This document shows, one piece after another, positions 52,717 through 64,000 of a stretch of DNA of 64,000 nt. A model generated the notes under the pieces. That model worked only from the letters and a program-made list of their open reading frames with translations. It was not told where the DNA came from and ran no database searches. Numbering within the stretch: the first letter of the stretch is position 1; each line of letters begins with the position of its first letter. Source of the stretch: Octopus bimaculoides (lineage: Eukaryota); assembly GCF_001194135.2 (NCBI RefSeq), contig NC_068995.1, positions 56,759,195-56,823,194 on the forward strand. The letters run 5' to 3'. The position numbers were made by a program, and so were the translations under genes.

Positions 52717-52812
52717 CCTCCATCGTAGTCATCATTAACGCCACCATCACCACCATCACTACCACCACCACAACCACAACCACCACCACCACTATCACCT
52801 GTAACCATCACC
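52240..52812. repeat. Degenerate (CAC/CAT/TAC)n tract
   Basis: Directly visible; complement-type tract at 53050-53170. Confidence 0.9.
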
Positions 52813-53329
52813 TGTTTTCACCAAAGACAAACCAAAGTAAAAAAAAAAAAATAGAAATAATTAAACAAACAAATAAAAGCTGTAGACTTACTGAATATAT
52901 TTATATTTTCCATTTTATTTATTTTTTTTTTTTACTTCGTTATTTTTTAATTTTAAATTTAATGTCGAATTAAGCCTGAGTTTTCTGTTTTGTATTCAGG
53001 GCAAGAATCTCTTTGTGGTTGTAGAATTCACCTGCATCTAATGTATCAGTGACGGTGATGATGATGATGGCTGCGGTTAATCGTGATAGCGATGGTTATT
53101 GATAATAAAGACAGAGATGATGATATCGGTGACGGTGGGAGTGGTGGGGGTTGTTAATGGCCGTGATGGTGGTTGGCTGGCTTGTTGGTTGGTTCATTAT
53201 TCATGGTGGTATTGCTTCGTCTCTGATCAAGCAGACCTCCTAATGAGATCAAATCAAAGGCATTCCACCTGTGACCATCCTGTCAACTCACCTACATGCA
53301 GAGAACCCACAACTGCATTATCTAGTGTG

Positions 53330-53490
53330 ATAGCATCATCATCATCATCATCATTTCACGTCCCATTCTTGCATGGGACGAAGACTTTGAGAAGATCTGC
53401 AAAGCTGCACCAGGCCTCGATACCATCTTTGGAATGGTTTCTCTGGTTGGATGCCCTTCCTAATGCCAACCAGTTTACAGTGTGTCGTTT
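53330..53490 (-). mobile_element. (GAT)n-tailed SINE 3' fragment
   Basis: catcatcatttcacgtcc..ggatgcccttcctaatgccaacc. Confidence 0.75.
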
Positions 53491-53739
53491 CCTAAAATAG
53501 TAGGGTTCGATTTGAGAGAGACCTTGCTATTATTTCTAGCAGACTGAACAACTAAAGACTCCCACGTTGGCTTGTGATGGCTTTTTTTTTCTTTGTTTTT
53601 GCATTTAATCCCCAGATCAGCTCTGATCTCGCTTTCATACCTAGTAAAAAAAAACATTCCGGTTGAGACCATCACCACTTTTTCCCCTATACACCAGAAA
53701 TCTGCGAGCAGATTGTCCAGCATGTCCTCTTTTATAAGG

Positions 53740-53910
53740 GGAAGATATGATGGGCTTCCACACAGTTTTCATGAACCAAATTCACTCGAAAGGCATTGAT
53801 TAACCCTGGGCTATGATAATATGGTAGAAGACACTTGCCTAAGGTGCTGCGCAGTGGGACAACCCGAAAGCACATGGTTGCTGAGATAGCTTCCTAACCA
53901 CACAGCCTGA
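53740..53910 (-). mobile_element. Family A SINE head
   Basis: gggcttccacacagttt..gaagacacttgcctaaggtgctgcgcagtgggac. Confidence 0.8.
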
Positions 53911-54457
53911 AACAATAGATTACGATATTGTTGTTATTGTGGTTGAAGCCCAGGTGAAAACCTTATTAGAGAAGACCTATAGCAGAGATAACCTGGCCAT
54001 TACTAGAGATGCTGAACTTGCTATGTGGAATATGTGGAGCAGTGCTGCTATTGGCGGTGGATTGGTTGGTTGGAATCTATGTTAGGGTTGAAAGTATAAG
54101 CAGAGATGGTGGTGAAGTAGGTCAAAAGTGGAATGGCTTTTGGCAGTAAATTCAAATTCACCCTCATCACAAGAATAATGATTAGATGATGGTGTATCAG
54201 AGCAGAACATTAAATCTGTCATTATCATTGAATTAATTACAAGTGGGCGGAGCTTGAGCACTTAAGAGAGTTTGGTTTGCTAGACCATGAATGACATTTT
54301 TTTTCTTTCTTTTTCTGAAGACACAGAAGAACAAGAATTTATAAGGTGATTAATTTGGACCCAAGTATATCACTGCTATTCGCTCCATTGTTCTTTTTTT
54401 TGTGTCTTTTATTATGATACTTATTATATTATCATAACTCTGCTGTATTGGATTTAA

Positions 54458-54677
54458 CCCTTTAATTACCAACCCGGCTAAAACCGGTTCAGGCTCTAAG
54501 TACAAATGTCTTGTTTGCATAAGGTTTGAATTAAAATCTTCCAGCAAACCTTAGTCACAATTTATGTTCCTAACACTAGTTTAATAATAACTAAGTTATT
54601 TTACTAAATTCTTTGTTATATTTAAAGTAATTGAAAGAAACACAAAGCATCTCAAAATAAATACAGTAACGAAAGGG
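54458..54677. mobile_element. Intact 220-bp piggyBac-type MITE with TTAA target duplication
   Basis: TTAA|ccctttaattac...gtaacgaaaggg|TTAA; TIRs match at 10 of 12 positions. Confidence 0.8.
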
Positions 54678-55789
54678 TTAAACTGAGTCACAAACAACAA
54701 CAACAAGAACTGGTATCTATGTTTGTGAACCTTAGAATTAATTAAAACTAAATTCGATCATAGATTGAACTCAGAAAGGATTAAACTGAAAACTGCAAAT
54801 CGTGTCTGGAACAATTCTCGAAACTCCATTGGTTTATCTGAGAAAAGACTTTATTCTTAATACAATGAAACACATTGTAAGAGAGACAGGAGAAAACCAT
54901 GGCAGGAGAAATAAGGGAAGCAGAGAGACAATGTTTAAGACATGCTGCAAGAGAGACAGGGAAAAACTATGGAAGGAGAAGCGGAACAGGAAAGACAATG
55001 TTTAGTATGGAGAATTAAAAGCTTGTCAGTGAACTACTAACACAGACTTTGGTAAACATTGGAATGTAAAGCATTCTTATATATTCATTCTGAAAACTGG
55101 AGAAGATGATAACAAGATGGAGTTAACTCAATAAATACACTGCCATGGCATTGGTAATTACATTTTCATATCATTGGAGTTTGAGAGGGAGGGAGAGAGA
55201 GAGGAGGAGGAGAGAGAGAGAGAGAGAGCAAGAGAGAGATGAGAGAGTTAATGACAGAGAAAGAGATATGAGAGGAAGAGAGAGAGAGAGAGAGACAAAG
55301 AGAAAGATGAGGGGGATAGAGAGTTTGAGACTAAGAGAGAGTCAGTCAGATAGAGAAGCAAAGAGTGTGTGAGAGAGGGAGAGAGAAAGAGAGAGTTAGT
55401 TGAAAAAGTGTGTGATAGAGAGTGAAAGAAAGAGAGAGGAAGAGAGAGAGATGAGAAAGTTAGTGATGAAGAGCAAATTAGAGAGATTCCGAGATTGAGA
55501 AAAGGAAGGAGAGAGGGAGAGAATGATTGAAATAGATATGGTGTATAAGTCCCATTGAATAAACTTACTTTTATAAAATTGGTAACTCATACAGATTTCT
55601 AAGTGTTGAAAAAAAGTTGGCTGACATTCCAAACAAGGAATTCTCAAGCCTTTCTGTGTTTGTTTAGAAAAATGCCACTGCATGTCTGTAAAGAGAGGGT
55701 AAATAGAAAGAGAACTGACCAGCATACACATACACATTTCACACACACACACACACACACATGTATGTAACTGATAATATATATATATC

Positions 55790-55823
<34 letters not shown>

Positions 55824-55904
55824 TATAGGCAAGAGAATTGGGAATATCCACTTAGATAACAGTACAAAACCACAAATTACTTCAATCTTATGTGCACCAG
55901 CCAT

Positions 55905-56145
55905 TATCATCATCACCATCATCATTTAATGTCCACTTTTCCATGCTGGCATGGTTCAGATGTAATTTGTTGAGGCAGATTTTTTTTTTTATGGCTGGAT
56001 GCCCTTCTTGTCTCCAAACTTCACTCATTCGTGAGCAAAATAATATTTCCCATGGCCAGACATGTTTCCCAAGGAAGACTGCAAATAAATAACATCACTT
56101 GATTGATATTTAATGCATGTTAACAACCATCACATGATGTCTAGT
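55905..56145 (-). mobile_element. Family D SINE tail
   Basis: catcatttaatgtccacttttccatgc..ttgaggcagattt..ggctggatgccctt. Confidence 0.8.
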
Positions 56146-56518
56146 CATACATAATAGGTAGTTTTTGCATTTTCTATTTCCCAAATTTTTTCACAAGGTT
56201 TTGATCAACTTCAGTGAGCCAATTGTTTATAAGAGTTGTGGTTACTGTAAAGAAAACTGACATATATACATTTCAAAATTAGGCGCTCTGTTTTCCTATT
56301 TCTCTCTCTCTCTGTCACTCCTACTTAATCTGTCTCTTTCTATCTTTTTATCTCTCTCTCCTTTCTCTTTCTATGTCTCTCTCTCTGCCAAAAAGGATAA
56401 GAAATGTAGAAGGAAGCAATGAGAATGTTTTGTTTGTCAATGAAATGGAGTGAGTCAATCAAAGAATTTATTTCTATTCGCATAAGACAATAGAAATGTT
56501 CTTGTGATTTGAGCATAC

Positions 56519-56578
56519 TGTGTTTGGACCATGGATAATAGATAACTGTCTTCCAGGCTATCTGGAACTCCCTTAGGC
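56519..56578 (-). CDS. Candidate 60-nt exon (PKGVPDSLEDSYLLSMVQT or LREFQIAWKTVIYYPWSKH)
   Basis: Acceptor tttgactttaacatcag|G and donor ACA|gtatgc; two frames are open. Confidence 0.3.
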
Positions 56579-57245
56579 CTGATGTTAAAGTCAAATCTTA
56601 CGAAATGAAGTGAACGAGAGAAAAATCTCATAGAGTAGGATGCCAGGATAATACAGGAAACATTCTTAGACAATTTGGTACCTAGTTCCAAAAGTTAGAT
56701 AAGACAGAAACAATGTAAAATAAATTTTCTGCTAAAAATGATAATAAAATACCAACAGCAGGTTTGAACTCACGACTCCCAAAATGGCTCAGACATACAC
56801 CCTCCACCCCCAGCCATCTCACTTCTAATTGGACCATAGGCTGAGCACATAATCTGTTCAGCCTCTGCAGCTTCACAAAATTTTATTTGTTAATAACAAT
56901 TATTAAATAGAAGAAAAGCCCGATAAAAGACTGCTAAAATTAATAAAATCTAAATAAAAAAAAAAAGAAACTATAAAAAAGAATTTAAACCAAATCTGAT
57001 GTAAGTTGTGTAATACTATAGCACTTATTAGGAAAATGGCTTTGTTTGTGTTCCACATTATTGATTGGCTTTTGAAAACACAATGCTGTCCACCAAGTCA
57101 TTAAGGTCTTGACAATATCCTAGCCATTAGGAAGGTCAGTGAAATTTAATCCTTAAATTAAATTGAAATCGAAGCCTTTTTCTTTTGTTAAAAACAAAAG
57201 ACAATATCAAGTGGAGTTACATCACCCTCCACTTGTGTCATTTAC

Positions 57246-57312
57246 TGCTTCGACGACGACTAACCAACACTGTAGAAGAAGAGTAAGTCGGTGGGAGGGA
57301 AAACACTTCAGA
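57246..57312 (-). CDS. Candidate exon, phase 0-1: SEVFSLPPTYSSSTVLVSRRRS
   Basis: Acceptor tgttgtgttcaatag| and donor GCA|gtaaat; a competing plus-strand donor (gtaagt at 57283) is also present. Confidence 0.25.
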
Positions 57313-58177
57313 CTATTGAACACAACACAATACTCCCCACTTTAAAGACGAAAAAATAAAACTCAACATATTCCAACTGGAACTATTAAAAAAAAAATTA
57401 AATAATGAAATTTAGAATACATTAACATTTTCCCTCTGTTTATGTTCAATTAATCGGCCAATTCAATTCCTTTTCCTAAATAAAATAAACATACACAAAA
57501 TTAGTTGATTTGCTATTATCACAGTTAAATATATTTTTCAACTAATTTTCTCCACCCATCTATTTTAAATATTGGATTTGCTTGGTAAAGTTACTAACAC
57601 TAAAAGCAACACAAACATGTTATAGTAATAAATCTAAGTAGACAGACTTGGTGCGCATACACCAGGAGCTTTTTGATTGCTTAAGGAATAATACATAACA
57701 CAAAACTGATAGAATATGCTTAGTTCTTAGGCACAATTCTACTGAAATAATGTCTGACTAAACCCAGTGTACTTTATCCAAGAACAAGACTCAAGGTTAG
57801 TGAAAATGCCTTGTGGCATTATAAAATATGCTTTGACAAACTAATTACACATTATATGGGATTGGTCAAGTTATGTAGGTACCTCTCACGACACCTCAGT
57901 GAAGACCTAAAATTAATAGCTGTTTCTCATTTTTGATGGCTGTCTCTCTGTCTCGGATCATTAAGTACCAGTGATACATTGAGATAGATTCAATCTATTA
58001 TAATGCTTCTTCCCATTAAATTGATGATCTCAGGCCAGTCGGGTGGGTAGGTGAGTGGGAGAACTATCATTAAAATATTTCAATTTGTAATTTTATTTCG
58101 TTACAGAATAACTTACACCATAATAGAGTAAAACATAAAAAATACTTCCCTCCCCTCCATATGTGCGTACGTGCACA

Positions 58178-58211
<34 letters not shown>

Positions 58212-58679
58212 ATGTAGTATTAAGAATTTTCTGTTGGTTGGCGAAAGTATTTGGTACTGAAACAAGGATCAACAGTTAAAGATAAAAGTAAAAATATAAA
58301 TATATAAAAAAATGAAAGAACATTTTAGAAATGACAAGTATTAATAAGATATACGTATGTATGTATATACATATATGTATATGTGTGTGTGTATATATAT
58401 ATATATCATAAATTACAGAAAAAGGAAATGATTAGTTGCCAAAAGAATCGCTGTCAAAAGGGCAATGTTCTGTTTTAGCTACTTTCACCAAATAATGGAT
58501 AGCCGCCAAAGTTAGTCATTATCTTAAAATACACTTAAAGAATCCAAAACGACTGTCAAGGTTTTATTTCTAGCAAGGACGCAAATAAGACGAGATATTC
58601 AAATAGAGATAAACAATAATGGGGAATGAGGAAAGTGGAAAAAAAAAGATACATATTATTCATCCACAAAAACGTAGAA

Positions 58680-58890
58680 GCAAGTAGCCTAACAGTTAGA
58701 AGATTGCATTCATGATCCCAAGACTGTGGTTTCAATTCTCTACACGGCTGCAAATGAGTAACCTTGTCACATAGTGGCATTCTTGTCCTGGAGGTGTGTT
58801 GCGATTTCTGCCATTTATACACCATGGAAATTGGGTAACTGGCATTAGGAGGCCTAAGACTCAAGATAATAAAACCAGTGGAGGATGATG
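58680..58890 (+). mobile_element. Diverged tRNA-headed SINE with GAT tail
   Basis: gtagcctaacagttaag (A-box-like), gtggtttcaattc (B-box-like), ending in gatgatggtgatgatgatga. Confidence 0.55.
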
Positions 58891-59152
58891 GTGATGATGA
58901 TGATCCACAAAAAAAAAAAGAAATGGAAAAAGAAAAAGATAGTATATTTTCTGAAAAATAATCCAGATTCTTCTCCCCTTTTCTTTATAGGAAGCAAACA
59001 ACACATAAAGGTGAGACTGTTGACTTTAACAAGGCAACAGGTGAATTCACTGTAATGGATAGCAAATGTCCTATAGAAAGTAATGTAAAGAACTAGCTAT
59101 ATGGCTCTCTGTAGTGCATGCTTATTCTGAAATGAGTCTATATATACATACA

Positions 59153-59237
<85 letters not shown>

Positions 59238-59373
59238 ACATATATATATAGACACACACACACATATATATAAACACGCATATCTATATATACATATATA
59301 CACATATCTGTATAAACATATATTCACACATGTATCACTCTTGATATATATAGACATATACCTATCTATATAT

Positions 59374-59432
<59 letters not shown>

Positions 59433-59564
59433 CACACATGTATATCAATACATACATACACATCTGTATAAACATATATTCACATAGCATATCTATCTAT
59501 GTCTATATATATATATGAATGTATATCTATATATACATATATACATAAATATATATTATGTATG

Positions 59565-59596
<32 letters not shown>

Positions 59597-60161
59597 CATA
59601 CACACTTCATATGTATATATACATATGAATATCTATATATATACTTATATATATACATATACATGTATACATACATATGTATATATAGATATATACATAT
59701 GTACACACATATCCAGTGTAAAGCAGTAAACAGAGATATAACATGTAATAATTCCAAAAGCAACAAGTCAATAGCTTAATGTATGTTAAGATCCAATTGA
59801 ATTGGAAGAACCCAGTTCTAATGAAAACTTAAGAGGGTATGTTTACTTAAAGAATATCTTCACGAAAAATCCATGAACAAAGACAAATCACAAATTTTCT
59901 TTTTTCCTATTTTCTGTTTTCAGTCGGGTACATTTAAAAACTTTCATAATTTTTTTAAAAATTCAGTTGTGTACACACTAACATACCTTCTTATAAACAA
60001 ATAATTATATATACATAAATAAAAACATAAGTGTACACTGTATATGTGCATACACACCACAGAGATGCAAATATATGTATAAAAGTGTATTTTGCTTGAA
60101 AATATTTCACAGAGTGAGTCATGTGTATTCAGATACAAGTGGTGTAAAAACCAGACTAAAA

Positions 60162-60201
<40 letters not shown>

Positions 60202-60307
60202 ATGTGTATGTATATGTGTGCATGTATATATGCGTGTGTCCATGTATGTATATATATATGTGTGTGTGTGTCCATCAATGTATGTGCATGTGTATATACA
60301 TAATGTG

Positions 60308-60340
<33 letters not shown>

Positions 60341-61480
60341 NNNNNNNNNNNNNNNNNNNNNNNNNNNNNNNNNNNNNNNNNNNNNNNNNNNNNNNNNNNN
60401 NNNNNNNNNNNNNNNNNNNNNNNNNNNNNNNNNNNNNNNNNNNNNNNNNNNNNNNNNNNNNNNNNNNNNNNNNNNNNNNNNNNNNNNNNNNNNNNNNNNN
60501 NNNNNNNNNNNNNNNNNNNNNNNNNNNNNNNNNNNNNNNNNNNNNNNNNNNNNNNNNNNNNNNNNNNNNNNNNNNNNNNNNNNNNNNNNNNNNNNNNNNN
60601 NNNNNNNNNNNNNNNNNNNNNNNNNNNNNNNNNNNNNNNNNNNNNNNNNNNNNNNNNNNNNNNNNNNNNNNNNNNNNNNNNNAATAGAACAGAGGTTAAG
60701 CTCTCATGCTAAAAGATGCTAGAATTAAATGGAGAACTTCTGTAACTAGAGAGGGATAGAAAAGGGAGGTTATCAAAAAGAGGGTAAACATGAAACTATA
60801 ATATAATAAAGAAATAGAGATTTGAGGATGGTAAAAGATACTAATGATGTATGAAATGTTTTAAAAAGGTGAGCAGGGAAGCTGAAGGGGTAAGAAAAAC
60901 AAAACAAAAGTAAAGCAAAGAAAACGCTAATAAATAAATCAGAATAAAAACCCTAAATTTAATAGAGAGAAGAGTTGCAGAGGGATAAGGTAGAGAGAAA
61001 GAGTCAGAAAGAGAAGATATTCAACAGTAAGAATTAGAACAAGAATGTGAACACCAGCAACAATGAGAAAATTTGAATAAATAAGAAAGGGGGGGAGAGA
61101 AAGAGAAAGAATAAGAAAGATAGAGGGGGGAAGAAGAAGAAGTGGAAGAAGGAGGAATCCAAAACTAAAGAATGGATTTGTGTTTTAAAGACAGAAAAAG
61201 AATGACAAAAAGAAATAAAAAAAAAAACCCCATCTAAAGACAATCTGTTGTACCTAAAACCAATAGCTTAAAAAGATGGTGTGTTTGTTGAAAGTGCACT
61301 CCATAGTGGGTCCCTATTGGTGGTGAGTTTAAGAACTAAAAAGATGTGTATATTTGTGTTTTTTAATTGTACCCCCTTTGCACACTTTGCTGGGATAGAG
61401 TTTCGTTCAGACTTCTGTAACATGGTGAAGTTTAAAAGCTTTTCCAAGTCATCTGCAAAAATGTTTCCTCTTTGTAAAGT

Positions 61481-61547
<67 letters not shown>

Positions 61548-61649
61548 CACACACACACATTTCCTCTTTGTACACTATCTATCTATCTATATATATATAT
61601 ATATACATTTATAAAATTACATATGCATACATGTTCATACATATATACA

Positions 61650-61704
<55 letters not shown>

Positions 61705-62459
61705 GCATGCATACACATGCACAGAAAAATACATGCAATAAAAGTGAATAGAACAGTTTAAACTTGCAATATAAACCGAAATCAAATATGGAAGACATGG
61801 AAATTTGCTTATCTGTGCATCAAGGAATACATGAAAACAGTTGTGTGAGTTGGATGAAAAGGGGAGGGGGATAAGTAGAGAGAAAGACAAACAAATGGGG
61901 AGAGATGGATGGACGGACAGACAGAAAGTAAGTGAGCAAGAGAAAGTGAGTGGAACAAGGCTAAAAGTATTGAAGAAGAATGAAGAGAGAGAAAGGAAAC
62001 TCTCAGAAGAACATGGAAGAAAGATAATGGGAAAGAGAGATGGAGAGAGATGGAGAGGATAAGAGTGTATGTGGAGGGATATAAGAGAGAATTAAAGAGA
62101 TATAGAAAGTGAGAGAGAGAATATGAGGGCGAAAAGAGAGAATGAATTTGAGAAGATAGAGAAAGAGAGAGGAGTGAGAGAGAAGAAGGGGATGAAAAGG
62201 GATCAAGATTTGGAGTAAAAGGGTCCAGTGAATGAGGGATTGAAAGAATTTGAATTATTGTAGAAAAGAAAGAATAACATAAAGGAAGAAGAAAAAGATG
62301 AGAGAGAGTAGAGAGATGAGAGGGAAAGAGAAAGAGAGAGAGTAGAGAGAAAGAAGGAGAGAAGAGAAAGAGAGACAGAGTGTGTGTGTGTGTGTGTATG
62401 TGTGTGTGTGCAAAAGCAAATGGTGGAGCAATGAAAGCACCCAGATGTGATATTTTATC

Positions 62460-62790
62460 TTTTATTTGTTTCAGTCATTGGACTGTGGCCATGTTGGAGC
62501 ACCACCTTGAAGGGGTATTTTTAGTCAAACAAACTGATCCAATTATTTACTCATAAGTGTGATCAATCACTTTTGCTGCACTGCTATGTAACAGGGATGT
62601 AAACAAACCAACCACAGATGTCAACCGGTGGTGGGGGACAGATAGGAGGAGCTTCCACCTTCCACTTTCTCTCTACTGAACTCACTCACAAAACATTGGT
62701 TCGCCTGGAACTATAGCAGAAGACTCTTGATCAAGGTGGAACTGAACCCAAAACACTGCAGATGCAAAGAAAGTTTCTTAACCACACAGC
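62460..62790 (-). mobile_element. Near-full-length family A SINE
   Basis: Tail ttgtttcagtcattggactgtggccatg through head ggaactgaaccc..ttcttaaccacacagc. Confidence 0.8.
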
Positions 62791-63074
62791 AAAAATGCTA
62801 AGAAGCGCTGGTTGATGTTCATGTATTGAAAATAACAATCTGAGTTAGTATTTTGTTAAGTCTGCTTTCTGACTTCGTATAACCCACTTGTTATATTGTT
62901 AGCTCAGTCACTGCATTATATCAAATTATGCTCTTAATTTAAAAATCAAACTAAAAAAAAATGATTATTTATTATTATATTTTTAATATCAGCAGAAAGC
63001 AATGTATTTTGTTATGACTAAAAGATAACCAAAGATGATAATGTTGAAGTGATCTGTTTGTCAGATTTCAATTT

Positions 63075-63116
63075 ATGTAGTCCAACCCATGCCAGCATGG
63101 AAAGCGGACGTTAAAC

Positions 63117-63147
<31 letters not shown>

Positions 63148-63148
63148 T
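63075..63148 (+). mobile_element. SINE 3' tail plus (GAT)n
   Basis: gtccaacccatgccagcatggaaagcggacgttaaacgatgatg. Confidence 0.8.
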
Positions 63149-63300
63149 ATTGACAGGCAAAGAATATGGTTTGGAAATACCAGAATAATACCAGAATAAT
63201 GATCTTTTTTTTCTCTTTCCTTGCTTCATACTTCTTAGTTCAAACCCAACCAAGGTTTGTATTGGTCATTTCTACAAGGGAATGGGAAATAAAATGTTAC

Positions 63301-63465
63301 ATAGGTGCTGGCATGGCTGTGTGGCTAAGAACTTCACTTCGCAACCATGTGGTTTTGGGTTCAGTCCCACTGCATAGCCCCTGGAGTAAGCCCCTGCTAT
63401 AGCACAGGGCTGACCAATACCTCATGAGTGAAATTGTTAGAAACTGTGTGAAACCCACCATGTAT
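63301..63465 (+). mobile_element. Family A SINE head (plus strand)
   Basis: A-box-like tggctgtgtgg at 63314; B-box ggttcagtccc at 63358. Confidence 0.8.
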
Positions 63466-63565
63466 GGTCATATGTATGATTTTATGTAAACTTGCTGGAA
63501 TCGAATTTTAGTTACCCCTAGGCTTCATAAACCAGTTTTCAGTATAGATGTTTTTGATGTTTCAC

Positions 63566-63638
63566 CTCTAGTCAACCATAATTCAGAAAGCCTATGATTA
63601 CAGGCATTTCGGCTCCAAATATACTGACCATACAGTGT
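63566..63638 (-). CDS. Candidate exon, phase 0-1: TLYGQYIWSRNACNHRLSELWLTR
   Basis: Acceptor cattggttctag| and donor GAG|gtgaaa; only one frame is open. Confidence 0.25.
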
Positions 63639-64000
63639 CTAGAACCAATGTTATCCAAAGTGGCCTTCATTTTTTTAATAAGCAGACGAGAGAAATTTGG
63701 AGTAGATTTGGCTGTATTTTCTAGCAGGTGAAACACCCAAGCAAAATCACCTTCATTGAGTCAGTAACATATTAGAGTTAATTAGAGTTAATTCATTAGA
63801 TTTTCTAACAAAATTGAATTTTCCCTCATGTAAGATGCATAAGTGCAGGAAGAAAATTTGCACACGGGTGCAAACCCAGCTCTAGAACAGGATGTCCAAA
63901 GTGTTTTCATTGCCACCCACCCAAAATGGTGGGGGTACTCTTGTACCCCCTGCACACCTATTCATGAACCTATGCTGCCTGTAACAGCTGCTTCTGTAGT

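Overview
This is AT-rich animal genomic DNA, almost entirely intronic. The SINE families, TTAA-flanked MITEs and very heavy (TA)n/(CA)n/(GA)n/(GATA)n/(GAT)n load resemble an Octopus (coleoid cephalopod) draft assembly; that assignment is inference from remembered repeat sequences, not a database hit. There are 11 assembly gaps (about 3.8 kb of N), and one is flanked by an identical 142-bp sequence that is probably a false duplication. Nearly all ORFs in the supplied track are microsatellite or gap translations. Scattered short GC-richer segments bounded by AG/GT splice signals suggest one long multi-exon gene on the minus strand; the best exon is 15643-15795. I could not identify the protein or build a phase-consistent gene model. 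Mobile DNA includes about 30 tRNA-headed SINE copies or fragments of several modular families, two RTE-clade LINE fragments, two piggyBac-type MITEs, and one Penelope-like terminal fragment with a degenerate minimal hammerhead ribozyme. The most notable observations are the hammerhead motif, fold-back SINE pairs (possible ADAR substrates), strong strand bias of one SINE family, head/tail-swapped SINE chimeras, and exon-like segments carrying premature stops. I found no CRISPR array, rRNA, true tRNA or prokaryotic system, and no convincing wholly new biological system.
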